64,000 bases of DNA, taken from Candidatus Multivorans sp. (GTDB taxonomy: Bacteria > Acidobacteriota > Thermoanaerobaculia > Multivoradales > Multivoraceae). Positions 30,509 through 40,528 of this stretch are shown here, piece after piece. The notes under the pieces are model-generated. The model was not told the DNA's origin, did no database searches, and was given only the letters and a program-made list of their open reading frames with translations. Both the position numbers and the translations under genes were made by a program. How positions within the stretch are numbered: the stretch's first letter is position 1; each line of letters opens with the position of its first letter. Location of the stretch: the NCBI GenBank assembly GCA_965224025.1, contig OZ245033.1, positions 2,560,001 through 2,624,000 of the forward strand. The letters are read 5' to 3'.

Positions 30509-30916
30509 TTGAGATCCAGTCCCAGTTTTCCCGTCAGGATCCGTACTCAGGGCATCCGGCTGAACGAGGATCTGAAGCGCACGATCGAGTTCGAGGCCCA
30601 GGGCCTGGAGCGGTTCAACTCGCGGATCGTCGACTGTGAAGTGGCGGTTACCGGCCCAACCGGGAACCGCCGCAACGGGTGGTCATTCGATGTAGTGGTC
30701 AAGGTCGCGCTGCCGGGACCGGACGTGGTCGTCCACCGGTCCGCCGCCGCATCGATTCCGATCGCCATCAATCAGACATTCGCCACCGCCCGTCGCCGGG
30801 TGAAGCGTCAGGCCCACCTGCGGCGCAGGCGAATGCCGCTGGGGCGGACTTCGGGGGTCGGCGGCCGGGGCCGGCCGCGGCGCCGGAACGGCAGCGGGCG
30901 GATGCGTGCCTGGTAA
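30509..30916 (+). CDS. HPF/RaiA-like ribosome-associated protein
   Basis: LERFNSRIVDCEV...VALPG...AINQTFATARRRV pattern; start uncertain. Confidence 0.6.
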   Translation: MRSSPSFPVRIRTQGIRLNEDLKRTIEFEAQGLERFNSRIVDCEVAVTGPTGNRRNGWSFDVVVKVALPGPDVVVHRSAAASIPIAINQTFATARRRVKRQAHLRRRRMPLGRTSGVGGRGRPRRRNGSGRMRAW

Positions 30917-30996
30917 CTTGCGCGGCAGAAACTGAGTGCGCCAGCCGTTGCGCGGGCCTTCTGGCACGCGTTCCGGGCTAGGCGAGTTCTGCCGCG

Positions 30997-32295
30997 CTAG
31001 TCGGTAGCCGTGCCGAAGACGCCGTCGAGCACGGCGCGCACTCGAGGCAGCAGGGGATACGTGTCCGGGTCGGATTCCGCCGCGGTGTAACCCACCCAGA
31101 CGGCGACGACATCGCGGTCCGGGTTGACCAGCGGGCCCTGGCCGGCCCAGCCGCCCTTGTAGATGTCGTTGTTCGTGAACACGAGATCCCACTGGTAGAC
31201 GTTGTGCTTGACATCAGGCGCCTTGCCGCCGAAACGGGCGTTCTCCAGCAGCTCCGGGCGACCGCCGTGGAGCAGGGTCTGGACGTGCTCCTCCGGCACG
31301 ATTCGCTCCGGCGAGACCTTCCCGTAGCTCCGCGTGAACAGGAGCCCGAACCGGGCCATGTCCCTCGGGCGCGCCAGCATGCCGCCCGAGGTCAGCGGAA
31401 TCCCGTAGCGCCCGGCGTAGATCGAAGCGTCCGCCTCGGCGCCGATCCGGGTCCAGACTTCGCGGCTCAGCGCGTCCTGGAACGGCATCCCGGTGATCTC
31501 CTCGACCAGCCAGCCGAGAACAAACGTGTTGGTACCCGAGTAGTCGAACTCCTTGCCCTGCTCGGCCCAGCGACCGGCCTTCAGGTTCGAGAGCATCGTG
31601 TACGGGTCGTCCGGCGTCTTCGCGCTCCGCACCCCGTCGCCCAGCGAGGCTTCGAACTGGTAGTAGCAGGTGGTGCGGTCGCTGTAGTCGCCGTCGGGGC
31701 AGTCGACCCCCGAGGCCATGTCGAGCACGTTGCGGACGGCGACGCCCTCGAAGTCCGATCCCTTGAGCGCCGGCACGTAGCGGTCGACGGGCTGAGCGGA
31801 GTCGACGAGTCCACGGTGTTCGAGGAGCGCCACCAGGGTGGCGGGGAGAACCTTGGTCACCGACCACCAGATCGGCTTCTCGTGCGGCTGCATCCGGGGG
31901 TAGCGCTCGAAGACGACCTCGCCCCGGTGGAGGATGACGATGCCCATCGTGGTCGAGTGCTCGCCGTGCAGGTAGGCGTCGAAGGTCACCTCGCCGGAAG
32001 GTGTCGCGACCGGGAAGTCGGCGATCTCGGACATCGGCCGCGCCGCCAGCTCGCTGACCGGCCCGGCGCGGTAGACGTTGACCGAGGGCACGATCTGGTG
32101 GAGATTCCGGTTGCGTCAGGCCATCGCCTCGCCGGTCTCGGTCCACCAAACCTCTTCGGCCGGATCGGGCAGAGCGTGGTGCTGGCGCAGGTTCTCTTGG
32201 ACTGTCGAGGCGGGCTCGAAGGTCGGGGGAGTGTCCTGCGCGCCGGCGACCGCGGCGACGACGAGCGGGAGCGGCACGAGGAGGCTTCGTTTCAT
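30997..32295 (-). pseudogene. Beta-lactamase-family serine hydrolase with in-frame TGA at 32116-32118
   Basis: SVTK (SxxK), LDMASG, FDYSGTNT; signal peptide from ATG 32295 is in frame across one TGA. Confidence 0.8.
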
Positions 32296-32412
32296 GGCCG
32301 CAAGCTAGCCGAAAGACCGGCAGCGGACAGATGTCGCATCGGGCCGGGGATTGTAGCTGGGGCTTCGGGTGGGGCAGGTATTGGCATTTGGCCGGGCAGC
32401 GCCCGCCAAGTG

Positions 32413-32793
32413 TCACGTCGCTTTGAGCATCAAGCCGCCGTGCGCCGCGAAATGGCGGAAGTCCCGATCTCGCGTGACCAGGGGCAGGTCGTGATCCAGG
32501 CAGGATTGGCAGATCAGCGTGTCCGCCAGGTTGGCGCGCAACCCCTTTGCGAGGACTTGCGATCGCAGCGTCGCCGCACGTTCCCAGTAGCCGGGCGCCA
32601 CCTGCAGGAGCGGAAGCTGCCGGATCAGCGCCTTTGTGTCTTCATCGGCAGTCGGGCTGCTGAGCAGCTCGGTCAGGACGACCGGGGGCAGGACGGCGAT
32701 ACTGAGGATCAACGCCTCCTCGACGGCGTTGACGTCGGCGCCTTCGGCGCCCTCCAGGTAGGCGATGAGCGAACTCGTGTCAAGCGCGATCAA
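32413..32793 (-). CDS. vapC: PIN-domain toxin
   Basis: ALDTSSLI, LADTLI, LVTRDRDF. Confidence 0.85.
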   Translation of the reverse strand: MIALDTSSLIAYLEGAEGADVNAVEEALILSIAVLPPVVLTELLSSPTADEDTKALIRQLPLLQVAPGYWERAATLRSQVLAKGLRANLADTLICQSCLDHDLPLVTRDRDFRHFAAHGGLMLKAT

Positions 32794-32802
32794 GGTGCGG
32801 CG

Positions 32803-33024
32803 CTAGTCTTCCCGGAGGCGCTTCAGATCGAGATCGAAACGGACCTTGCCGCGAAGTGCGCGCAGCTTGCCGTACGCATCGCGCGCGGCGACGAGGTGCA
32901 GGCCCTGACGGACCGTCTCCGTGATGCCGGAACCGCTCGCCTCCCGTGCGCGCGTGAGGAGCACATTCGGCACGTGGACGGTGATCTTCTGCAGAGGCGT
33001 GTCGCTGCTTCCGCTCTCAGCCAT
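32803..33024 (-). CDS. Putative antitoxin
   Basis: 73 aa, KITVHVP ribbon-like start, directly upstream of PIN gene; cgatgcc/ggcatcg inverted repeat at 33044-33069. Confidence 0.72.
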   Translation of the reverse strand: MAESGSSDTPLQKITVHVPNVLLTRAREASGSGITETVRQGLHLVAARDAYGKLRALRGKVRFDLDLKRLRED

Positions 33025-33134
33025 GGAGCGACCGTACCATACTCGATGCCAGAATCGCTTACGGCATCGTGCAGAGGATGAAGTGGGCGCTCGGTTGACG
33101 CAGACTACTCGTGAAGGCTACGTTCACGGGCACC

Positions 33135-33674
33135 ATGAAGAAGACAACACTCTGGATCGCCGCCGCAGTGGCGGGTCTCGTTCTGCTGGGCTTTGGCTAC
33201 GGCATTGGCTGGATCGCGGGCGTCACCGGCGTCGGACGGACCGTCCCGCTCGAAGAACTCTCGGAGCGGGAGCGGGCGTTCGTGGAGCGGATGCAGAGCG
33301 TGGACCTCGTCGGCCACTTCACGATCGACAACCTGGAAGGTCTTGAGGAGGTCGAGGGCGTCCAGCGAGACCGGAACCCCGAGCGCTACGAGATCGCGAG
33401 CGTCTCGAAGCTCGAAGGGGAGGGCGACCGCTGGCGTTTCGACGTCCGCGTGGTCTACATGACGGTCGACGTGACCCTGCCGGTGGTCGTGCCGCTGGTG
33501 TGGGCCGGCGATACGCCGATGGTGAGCATCACCGACTTCGAGATTGCCGGTTTGGGCGGCCAGTTCGGGGCGCGGGTGTTGTTCTACGACGAGCGCTATG
33601 CCGGGACGTGGGACCACGGGCCGTACGGCGGGATGATGTACGGCGTGATCGAGCCGTCGGGCGGCGGCGAGTAG
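33135..33674 (+). CDS. Hypothetical membrane-anchored protein
   Basis: N-terminal hydrophobic helix; WAGDTP...YAGTW...GGMMYG; coding-like composition. Confidence 0.7.
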   Translation: MKKTTLWIAAAVAGLVLLGFGYGIGWIAGVTGVGRTVPLEELSERERAFVERMQSVDLVGHFTIDNLEGLEEVEGVQRDRNPERYEIASVSKLEGEGDRWRFDVRVVYMTVDVTLPVVVPLVWAGDTPMVSITDFEIAGLGGQFGARVLFYDERYAGTWDHGPYGGMMYGVIEPSGGGE

Positions 33675-33680
33675 CGGCGC

Positions 33681-36600
33681 CTACCAGGTGTCGATGTTGC
33701 GGCGTTTCTTGCCGTCCCGGACCGGGGGCGGCGGCACGGAGTCTAGGCTCCGGGCGATCCAGCGGCGCGAGTCGGCAGGGTCGATCACGTCGTCGACGGC
33801 GAAGGCCGCGCCGGCGGTGAGGGCGCTCCCTCGTTCGTATGCCGCGGCGACGAGCTCTTCGTAGCGGGTGCGCCGCTCTTCGGGGTCTTCGATGGCCGCG
33901 AGTTCGTTGCGGAAGCCGAGCTTCACCTGGCCTTCGAGACCCATGCCGCCGAACTCCGCCGTCGGCCAGGCGACGGTGAAGAAGGGCTCCTTCAGGTCTC
34001 CTCCCGCCATCGCCTGGGCGCCGAGCCCGTAGGCCTTGCGCAGCACGATGGTCAGCGTCGGCACGGTGATGTTGGCGCCGACAACAAACAGCCGGCAGCA
34101 GTGGCGGACGAGGGCGGTGCGCTCGATCTCCGGGCCGACCATCATGCCGGGCGTGTCGCAGAGCACGAGGACCGGGATGTCGAAGGCGTCGCAGAGCTGC
34201 AGGAAGCGGGCGCCCTTGTCCGAGCCGTCGCTGTCAATGGCGCCGGAGAGGAACTCGGGGTTGTTGGCGAGAATGCCCACGGGCCGCCCTTCGATCCGGA
34301 CGAGAGCAGTGACCATGCCGAGGCCGAACTCGGGCCGGAGTTCGAGCACGCTTCCAGTGTCGGCCAACGTGCGGATTACTTCGCGGATGTTGTAGACGCG
34401 CAGGCGGTTCTCCGGCACGATGCGGCGCAGCAGTCGCTGGTCCGGGCAGTCCCAGTCCCCGGTCCGGCCCTGGAAGTACGACAGGTACTGCTGCGCGGCC
34501 GCAACCGCCTCGACCTCGTCCTGGACCGCGATGTCGACGACGCCGTTCGGCGCCTGGACATCCATCGGGCCGACTTCTTCCGGCCGGAACACGCCCAGGC
34601 CGCCGCCCTCGATCAGCGCCGGGCCGCCCATGCCGATGCTCGAGTCGGCGGTGGCGATGATCACGTCGCAGCAACCGAGGAGCGCCGCGTTGCCGGCAAA
34701 GCAGAACCGCGACGTGATGCCGACGATCGGCACCAGGCCGCTCAGGCGGGCGAAGGAGGTGAAGGTGGGCGTGTCGAGCGGGCGGTAGGTCTCGTCGCTG
34801 CGGCCCTGGCCTGCCTTGGTGGTCGACGCGCCGCCCTTGCGCTTGCCGCCGGTGCCGGCGCGGCCGCCGCCACCCTCGGCGAACAGGACCACCGGACGCT
34901 TCCAGCGGTGCGCCAGTTCGACCATGCGGTCCGTCTTCGGATGGTTGAGCGCGCCCTGGGTGCCGGCGAGCACGGTGTAGTCGTAGGCCATGACCACGCA
35001 ACGGTTGCGCTCGTCGGGGAAGAGATCGCCGTTGATCGAGCCGACGCCGGTGATCATGCCGTCGGTGGGGAACTTGCGGATGATCTCTTCCTTCGGCAGC
35101 CCGGTGCCTGGGGTCAGCACCAATTGTCCGTGCTCCACGAAGCTCCCTTCGTCGCAGAGCTGGTCGATGTTCTCGCGCGCCGTCCGCTGCTCCGTGTTGC
35201 GCCGTTTCCGGACCGCGTCGGGTCGCGCCTCGTCGAGGGTCACCCGGTGGCGTTCGAGGACTTCGCCGAGATCGGGCCGGATCGCGTCGAGGTCGATCTC
35301 GGCCTCCCGCTCGCCGCCGGAGGTCGCGACATCCCGCTCCTCGATCAGAGCCAGGACGTGGCCCTCCCAGACCGCGTCGCCGACCGCGGCGCGCAGATCG
35401 CGCAGTACGCCGCCGATGTCGGAGCGGATCTCGTGCTCCATCTTCATCGCTTCCATGATGAAGAGGATCTGGCCCGGGGCGATCTCCTGACCGAGTTCCG
35501 CCTCATGACTGAGGACGGTGCCCTGCATGGGGGCGCGGACCGCGGTGAGGCCTTTGGGGACGGGCGTCGAATCGACCGGAGGCGGCTCGGCTGCCCGCAC
35601 GCTGACGGCGGGGCCGCCGGACTTGCCGTGATCGAGCACCGCCAGCGGGTCGACGGCGTCGACCTTGACGCCGGCCAGTCCTCTTCCGCCGCGGCCGCCG
35701 GCGTTGCCGCCGTCACCGACCTTGCCGGCCCGGCAGCCGCGATCCTCGAACCCGGCGGCCGCCTCGACGAGCTCCGCCAGCCGCTCGTCGACGAAGCGCG
35801 TGTGGATGTCCCACGACCCGGCCTCGGCACGCGCAAGAAGCGCGCGCAGGAAGGAGGCGTTCGTTTCGACGCCCTCGATCCGGAAGTCGCCGAGCGCGCG
35901 GGCGGTCCGGGCCAGGGCGGCGCCGTGGTCCGCCTGTGGCACGCGCCCCACGACCTTGGCGAGCAGGGAGTCGAAGCGTGGATTCGTCCGGTAGCCCGCG
36001 TAGCCGAACGTGTCCGTGCGCAGCCCCGGTCCGTTGGGGGGCTCGAAGGCGGTGAGGACGCCGCCGGTCGGCAACACCGCGCCGCCCGCGGTCATCTTCT
36101 CCATGTTGACCCGGGCCTGGACGGCGGCGCCGCGCGGCGCCGCGCCGTTCCGAGAAGTGAAGCCCAGTTCGGCGAGCAGGCGGCCCTGGGCCAGTTCGAG
36201 CTGGAGATGGACGAGGTCGACGCCGAAGACCTCCTCGGTCACCGTGTGCTCGACCTGCAGGCGCGCGTTCGCCTCGATGAAGAAGAAGCGCGGTTCGGCA
36301 TCGGGCGCGGTCGGAGTCTCGACCAGGAACTCGAAGGTGCCGAGGTTGCGGTAGGCCGCCGCGGAAGCGAGAGCGAGCGCGGCGTCCCGGATCGCCTCGC
36401 GCAGCGCCGGCGGCAGGCAGGGCGCGGGCGCGATTTCGATCAGTTTCTGGTGGCGCCGCTGGAAGCTGCAGTCGCGGTCGCCGAAGTGGACGACCGCCCC
36501 GCTCGCGTCGCCGGCAACCTGGACCTCGACGTGGCGGACCGCCGTCAGCAACTCTTCGACGAAGACGCCGTCGTTGTCGAATGCGGCGCCGGCCTCGGAC

Positions 36601-37148
36601 ACCGCCCGGCGGTACGCGTCGTCGAGTTCGTCTTCCGCGGCCACCATCCTCATGCCGCGGCCGCCGCCTCCCCCGACCGCCTTGATCAGCATCGAGGCGC
36701 CCGGGGGCAGGTCGTCCATGAAGGCGCGCGCCTGTTCGAGGGTGACCGGTTCGGAAACCCCGGGGACGACCGGAACGCCATGCTCCTGCGCGAGAGCCCG
36801 GGCCCGCGCCTTGTCGCCGAACAGATCGAGCGACGCAGGTTGCGGACCGACGAACCGGAGGCCGGTATCGATACAGGCGCGGGCGAAGCCGGCGTTCTCG
36901 CTCAGGAAGCCGTAGCCCGGGTGGACCGCGTCGCATCCGTGCTCGCCGGCGGCCCCGAGCAGTTGCTTGGCGTCGAGATACGCGGCGGGGCCGACGCCGC
37001 TCAGCGCCGCCGCTTCGTCCGCCCTCCGGACGTGAAGGGACGCGGCGTCGTCTTCCGAGAACACCGCCACGGTCGGGATGTCGAGTTCCGCCGCGGCGCG
37101 GGCGATACGGACCGCGATCTCGCCGCGGTTGGCGATCAGCAACTTCAT
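33681..37148 (-). CDS. Single-chain biotin-dependent acyl-CoA carboxylase (BC-BCCP-CT)
   Basis: LIANRGEIA, HPGYGFLSEN, EAMKM biotin site, DYTVLAGT, DTPG. Confidence 0.92.
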   Translation of the reverse strand: MKLLIANRGEIAVRIARAAAELDIPTVAVFSEDDAASLHVRRADEAAALSGVGPAAYLDAKQLLGAAGEHGCDAVHPGYGFLSENAGFARACIDTGLRFVGPQPASLDLFGDKARARALAQEHGVPVVPGVSEPVTLEQARAFMDDLPPGASMLIKAVGGGGGRGMRMVAAEDELDDAYRRAVSEAGAAFDNDGVFVEELLTAVRHVEVQVAGDASGAVVHFGDRDCSFQRRHQKLIEIAPAPCLPPALREAIRDAALALASAAAYRNLGTFEFLVETPTAPDAEPRFFFIEANARLQVEHTVTEEVFGVDLVHLQLELAQGRLLAELGFTSRNGAAPRGAAVQARVNMEKMTAGGAVLPTGGVLTAFEPPNGPGLRTDTFGYAGYRTNPRFDSLLAKVVGRVPQADHGAALARTARALGDFRIEGVETNASFLRALLARAEAGSWDIHTRFVDERLAELVEAAAGFEDRGCRAGKVGDGGNAGGRGGRGLAGVKVDAVDPLAVLDHGKSGGPAVSVRAAEPPPVDSTPVPKGLTAVRAPMQGTVLSHEAELGQEIAPGQILFIMEAMKMEHEIRSDIGGVLRDLRAAVGDAVWEGHVLALIEERDVATSGGEREAEIDLDAIRPDLGEVLERHRVTLDEARPDAVRKRRNTEQRTARENIDQLCDEGSFVEHGQLVLTPGTGLPKEEIIRKFPTDGMITGVGSINGDLFPDERNRCVVMAYDYTVLAGTQGALNHPKTDRMVELAHRWKRPVVLFAEGGGGRAGTGGKRKGGASTTKAGQGRSDETYRPLDTPTFTSFARLSGLVPIVGITSRFCFAGNAALLGCCDVIIATADSSIGMGGPALIEGGGLGVFRPEEVGPMDVQAPNGVVDIAVQDEVEAVAAAQQYLSYFQGRTGDWDCPDQRLLRRIVPENRLRVYNIREVIRTLADTGSVLELRPEFGLGMVTALVRIEGRPVGILANNPEFLSGAIDSDGSDKGARFLQLCDAFDIPVLVLCDTPGMMVGPEIERTALVRHCCRLFVVGANITVPTLTIVLRKAYGLGAQAMAGGDLKEPFFTVAWPTAEFGGMGLEGQVKLGFRNELAAIEDPEERRTRYEELVAAAYERGSALTAGAAFAVDDVIDPADSRRWIARSLDSVPPPPVRDGKKRRNIDTW

Positions 37149-37257
37149 GGGCCTTTGTCCCTCTGGGCCGGAAGGGCCCCCTCAGCTCGGAAGGGCCGCT
37201 ATCCTATGCGGCCGGCGATCCGTCCCCTCGCACGTCAAACCGGAGAAACCCAGAGTC

Positions 37258-38352
37258 ATGAAAGTACTTCGCACGCCCGACGAACGCTTCGCCGACCTGC
37301 CGGACTTCGACTACGAACCGCACTACACGGTGGTGCCCAGGGGCGACGGCGAGGGCGAGGGTCTCCGGATCCACCACGTGGAGGCCGGACCGGAGGACGG
37401 TCCGGTCGTGCTCCTGATGCATGGTCAGCCGACCTGGAGTTTCCTCTACCGGCGGATGATTCCGGTGCTGGCGGAGCGGGGGATGCGGGTGATGGCGCCG
37501 GACCTGGTCGGCTACGGCCGGTCGGACAAGCCGACCGAGCGGGATGACTACACCTACCAGCGCCAGGTGGACTGGCTGAGCGCCTGGCTGCGCAGCAACG
37601 GCGTCGTCCACGCGACCCTGGTCGGCCAGGACTGGGGAGGTCTGATCGGGTTGCGGATGGCGGCTCTCGACCCGGCCCGGTTCGACCGCATCGTGGCCGC
37701 GAACACCGGCCTGCCGCTGCCGCTCGAGATGCCCGAGGAGACGGTGAAGAAGATCGAGACGTTCCGGGCCGAGGCGCCGACGCCGACGATGATGGAGATG
37801 CAGCAGCAGATCTCGCAGATGGGCACGGAGACATCCGACCGCCCGAAGACGGGCGCTCGGACTGTGACGCGGCTGGCGCGGGAACGCGCCAGCCGGGTTC
37901 CGGCGGTGAAGTTCGCGTACTGGCAGAAGTGGACGTGGGAGACCGAGGACATCCCGGTCGGGCTCATGCTCGCGGCCAGCGTCAACGGCGTCTCGCTCAC
38001 CCCCGAGGAGATGGCGGCCTACGACGCGCCGTTCCCGGATCCGTCCTACAAGGCGGGGATCCGCGCCATGCCGAGCCGCGTTCCGATGCTGCCGAACGAC
38101 CCCTCGGCGCCTGCTCAGATGGAAGCCTGGAAGGTGTTCTCGGAATGGACGAAGCCCTTCCTCTGTGCCTTCGCGGACAACGATCCGGTCACGGGCGGCG
38201 CCAAGCGGCCCTTCGAGGTCAGGGTTCCCGGCGCGCGGGGGCAGCCCCACCAGACGATCGAGGGCGGCGGGCACTTCCTGCAGGAGGGCCGGGGCAAGGA
38301 ACTGGCCACGATCGTCGCTGACTTCATCGATTCGACGCCGGTGGGCGGGTAG
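37258..38352 (+). CDS. Haloalkane dehalogenase-family hydrolase
   Basis: LRTPDERF, HGQPTWSFLYR, GYGRSDKP, QDWGG, GHFLQE. Confidence 0.88.
   Translation: MKVLRTPDERFADLPDFDYEPHYTVVPRGDGEGEGLRIHHVEAGPEDGPVVLLMHGQPTWSFLYRRMIPVLAERGMRVMAPDLVGYGRSDKPTERDDYTYQRQVDWLSAWLRSNGVVHATLVGQDWGGLIGLRMAALDPARFDRIVAANTGLPLPLEMPEETVKKIETFRAEAPTPTMMEMQQQISQMGTETSDRPKTGARTVTRLARERASRVPAVKFAYWQKWTWETEDIPVGLMLAASVNGVSLTPEEMAAYDAPFPDPSYKAGIRAMPSRVPMLPNDPSAPAQMEAWKVFSEWTKPFLCAFADNDPVTGGAKRPFEVRVPGARGQPHQTIEGGGHFLQEGRGKELATIVADFIDSTPVGG
37832..37903. repeat. Double-hairpin repeat lying in frame inside the dehalogenase CDS
   Basis: Stems 37834-37845/37850-37861 (11/12) and 37870-37880/37885-37895 (11/11); aligns with intergenic copies at 45209-45279 and 20075-20146. 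Confidence 0.8.
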
Positions 38353-38357
38353 CCGGG

Positions 38358-39020
38358 ATGACCGAGGTACGGCGGAATCGGCTGCGCCACGGGCTGCTGA
38401 TCATTGTCGGACTCGTGGCGCTGGCCGGAGCGGCCGTTGCCGCGGTCAGGAGCTACCTGCGCTTCACCCCGCGGCCGCCGGATACGACGGAAGCGCGCCT
38501 GCTGACCGGCGGAGGCGGCGAGATCGACCACTGCGACCTGCCGGTGCTCGACGGATCGGGGCTGACCGCGGACGAGATACCGATTGCCTACACGCCCGGC
38601 TGCGAAGGTTGGACCGAGTGGCCGCTGCCGGTGCTGGCCGAATGCACGGCGCCGCTTCCCGCCGGAGCGCCAGACCTGCGCGGTCTGTGGCTGGATGACA
38701 ACACGGAACACCTCGAACGGGTCGAACAGTGCGGCGACCGGGTTGTCGTGACCACGGTCGGGCTGATCCACGACATGCGGGCGGACGGCACGCTCCGCCG
38801 CGGGGCCAACGACGTGAACCCGAGCTGCATGAGGATCCGCAACCGGACCCGCTACCGCGACGGAGTGCTCGAGATGGACGGCTACGGTGTTCCCTGGATC
38901 CGCGTGGAGCGCTGGATGGATGGCGACGATCTGCGCTGGACCCATCCCCAGGCCGGCAGTCACGGGATGCGCCGCATCTGCCGCGTGCCGGCGGATCGCG
39001 TGACGCGCGAGCCCTACTGA
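38358..39020 (+). CDS. Hypothetical membrane-anchored protein
   Basis: TM helix; PDLRGLW...HLERVEQCGDRVVVT...IHDMRADGT; 5 bp after the dehalogenase. Confidence 0.7.
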   Translation: MTEVRRNRLRHGLLIIVGLVALAGAAVAAVRSYLRFTPRPPDTTEARLLTGGGGEIDHCDLPVLDGSGLTADEIPIAYTPGCEGWTEWPLPVLAECTAPLPAGAPDLRGLWLDDNTEHLERVEQCGDRVVVTTVGLIHDMRADGTLRRGANDVNPSCMRIRNRTRYRDGVLEMDGYGVPWIRVERWMDGDDLRWTHPQAGSHGMRRICRVPADRVTREPY

Positions 39021-39102
39021 AGGAGCCGTCGTCCCGGACAGCGGTCCGCCTGCCTGAACCTGGTCCGGGCGCCTATGTGCGCGAGGCGCGGGCGCCGGCC
39101 GC

Positions 39103-39161
39103 TTGACATCTGGAGACTCGGGTGATGTCATAGCACCATCAATAGGGGGGTCATGACATCA
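39103..39161 (+). promoter_or_regulatory. Probable promoter/operator of the vapBC pair
   Basis: TTGACA at 39103; perfect 9-bp inverted repeat tgatgtcat (39123) / atgacatca (39153). Confidence 0.6.
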
Positions 39162-39424
39162 TGCGTAGTACGGTGCGAATCGACGACGACCTCATGGAGG
39201 CCCTCCGAGCGCGCTCGGAGGGTGAGGGCCTGAGCATGACGCGCATGCTCAACCGGCTGCTGCGGTCCGGCCTCGCCGCGGAATCACGCGCCACCCGGCG
39301 GCCGAGGTTTCGGCAAGCAACCGCGCGCATGGGCCGATCCCGCGTCGATCTGGACAAGGCGCTCTCGCTCGCCGCTGCGCTCGAGGACGAGGAGATTGTT
39401 CGCAAGCTCTCGGTGAGGAAATGA
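39161..39424 (+). CDS. vapB: Antitoxin (RHH-like)
   Basis: MRSTVRIDDDL...LEDEE; upstream of PIN toxin. Confidence 0.8.
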   Translation: MRSTVRIDDDLMEALRARSEGEGLSMTRMLNRLLRSGLAAESRATRRPRFRQATARMGRSRVDLDKALSLAAALEDEEIVRKLSVRK

Positions 39425-39431
39425 CTGCCCC

Positions 39432-39902
39432 GTGATGATCGTCGACGTCAACGTCCTCCTGTACGCGGTCAACGAGAACGCAGAGAACCACGAGCCGATC
39501 CGCTCCTGGCTGGAGGACGCACTGGACGGGGACGAGACGGTGGGCCTGCCGTGGATCGTCTTGCTGGGCTTCGTTCGGATAGCGACCAATCCGCGCGTGT
39601 TTTCGGCGCCGTTGCCGGTCGACGAGGCGCTTGACAGGGTGGAACAGTGGTTGGACGGCCATGTCGTCACGATCGTCGGGGAGAAGCCCGGCCACTGGCG
39701 CGCGCTGCGGGGCCTGCTCGAAGACACGGGTACGGCGGGGAACCTGACGACCGATGCTCACCTCGCGGCGTGCGCCGTCACGCACGATGCCACCCTGGTG
39801 TCGTGTGACGGCGACTTTGCCCGTTTCGAGGGCCTGCGTTGGAGGAATCCGCTCAAGGCCGCGCGGCCGGTCACGGCCCGCGGCAACGGCCTGTCCCGGT
39901 AG
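39432..39902 (+). CDS. vapC: PIN-domain toxin
   Basis: IVDVNVLLYA, GNLTTDAHLAA, DGDFARF. Confidence 0.88.
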   Translation: MMIVDVNVLLYAVNENAENHEPIRSWLEDALDGDETVGLPWIVLLGFVRIATNPRVFSAPLPVDEALDRVEQWLDGHVVTIVGEKPGHWRALRGLLEDTGTAGNLTTDAHLAACAVTHDATLVSCDGDFARFEGLRWRNPLKAARPVTARGNGLSR

Positions 39903-39920
39903 CCGCGGTACGATGCCGCC

Positions 39921-40526
39921 ATGCTCGGCAGGACCCTCGATGCTCCCGCCTATCTCGACCGGTTGCGGGTCGAGCTGGCCCGTGTCGACGCGGCCGCGGT
40001 CGAGCGTTGGGCCGACTTTGTCTTCGACGTCTGGAGCCGGGGCAGCACGCTGTTCCTGATCGGCAACGGCGGTTCGGCGGCGGCCGCGAGCCACCTCAGC
40101 GTCGACCTGGGCAAGGGCGCCGTCGCTGCCGGCAGCCAGCGGGACGAGTCACACCGCCGGCTGCGGGTGGTCAGCCTCACCGACAACGTGCCGTGGATCA
40201 CCGCGGTCGCGAACGACCTTGACTACGAGCAGGTCTTCGTCCAGCAATTGTTGAGTGCGGCTGTTTCCGGCGACGCTCTGATCGCGTTCAGCGGCTCGGG
40301 CAACAGCCCCAACGTCCTCGCCGCGGTCGACTGGGCCAACCGCCATGGGCTCCGCACGTTCGGCTTGACCGGGTTCGACGGCGGTCGGCTGAAGGAACTC
40401 CAGCAGGACGGTGTTCATGTCGAACTCGACGACATGGGCATGGTCGAGAGCGTGCATGTGAGCCTGTTCCACTGGGTCGTGGACGACGTGTACGCACGCA
40501 CCCAGCAGACGGGGCGGTACGGCTGA
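39921..40526 (+). CDS. SIS-domain sugar isomerase (GmhA-like)
   Basis: GNGGSAA, ANDLDY, SGSGNSPNV, TGFDGG. Confidence 0.82.
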   Translation: MLGRTLDAPAYLDRLRVELARVDAAAVERWADFVFDVWSRGSTLFLIGNGGSAAAASHLSVDLGKGAVAAGSQRDESHRRLRVVSLTDNVPWITAVANDLDYEQVFVQQLLSAAVSGDALIAFSGSGNSPNVLAAVDWANRHGLRTFGLTGFDGGRLKELQQDGVHVELDDMGMVESVHVSLFHWVVDDVYARTQQTGRYG

Positions 40527-40528
40527 GG

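Noticed and set aside
34101-37547. 1148-aa plus-strand ORF and similar long antisense ORFs (20128-22233, 23068-25584, 61512-63665)
   Set aside because: Shadow frames of well-supported genes on the opposite strand; expected in high-GC DNA and lacking motifs
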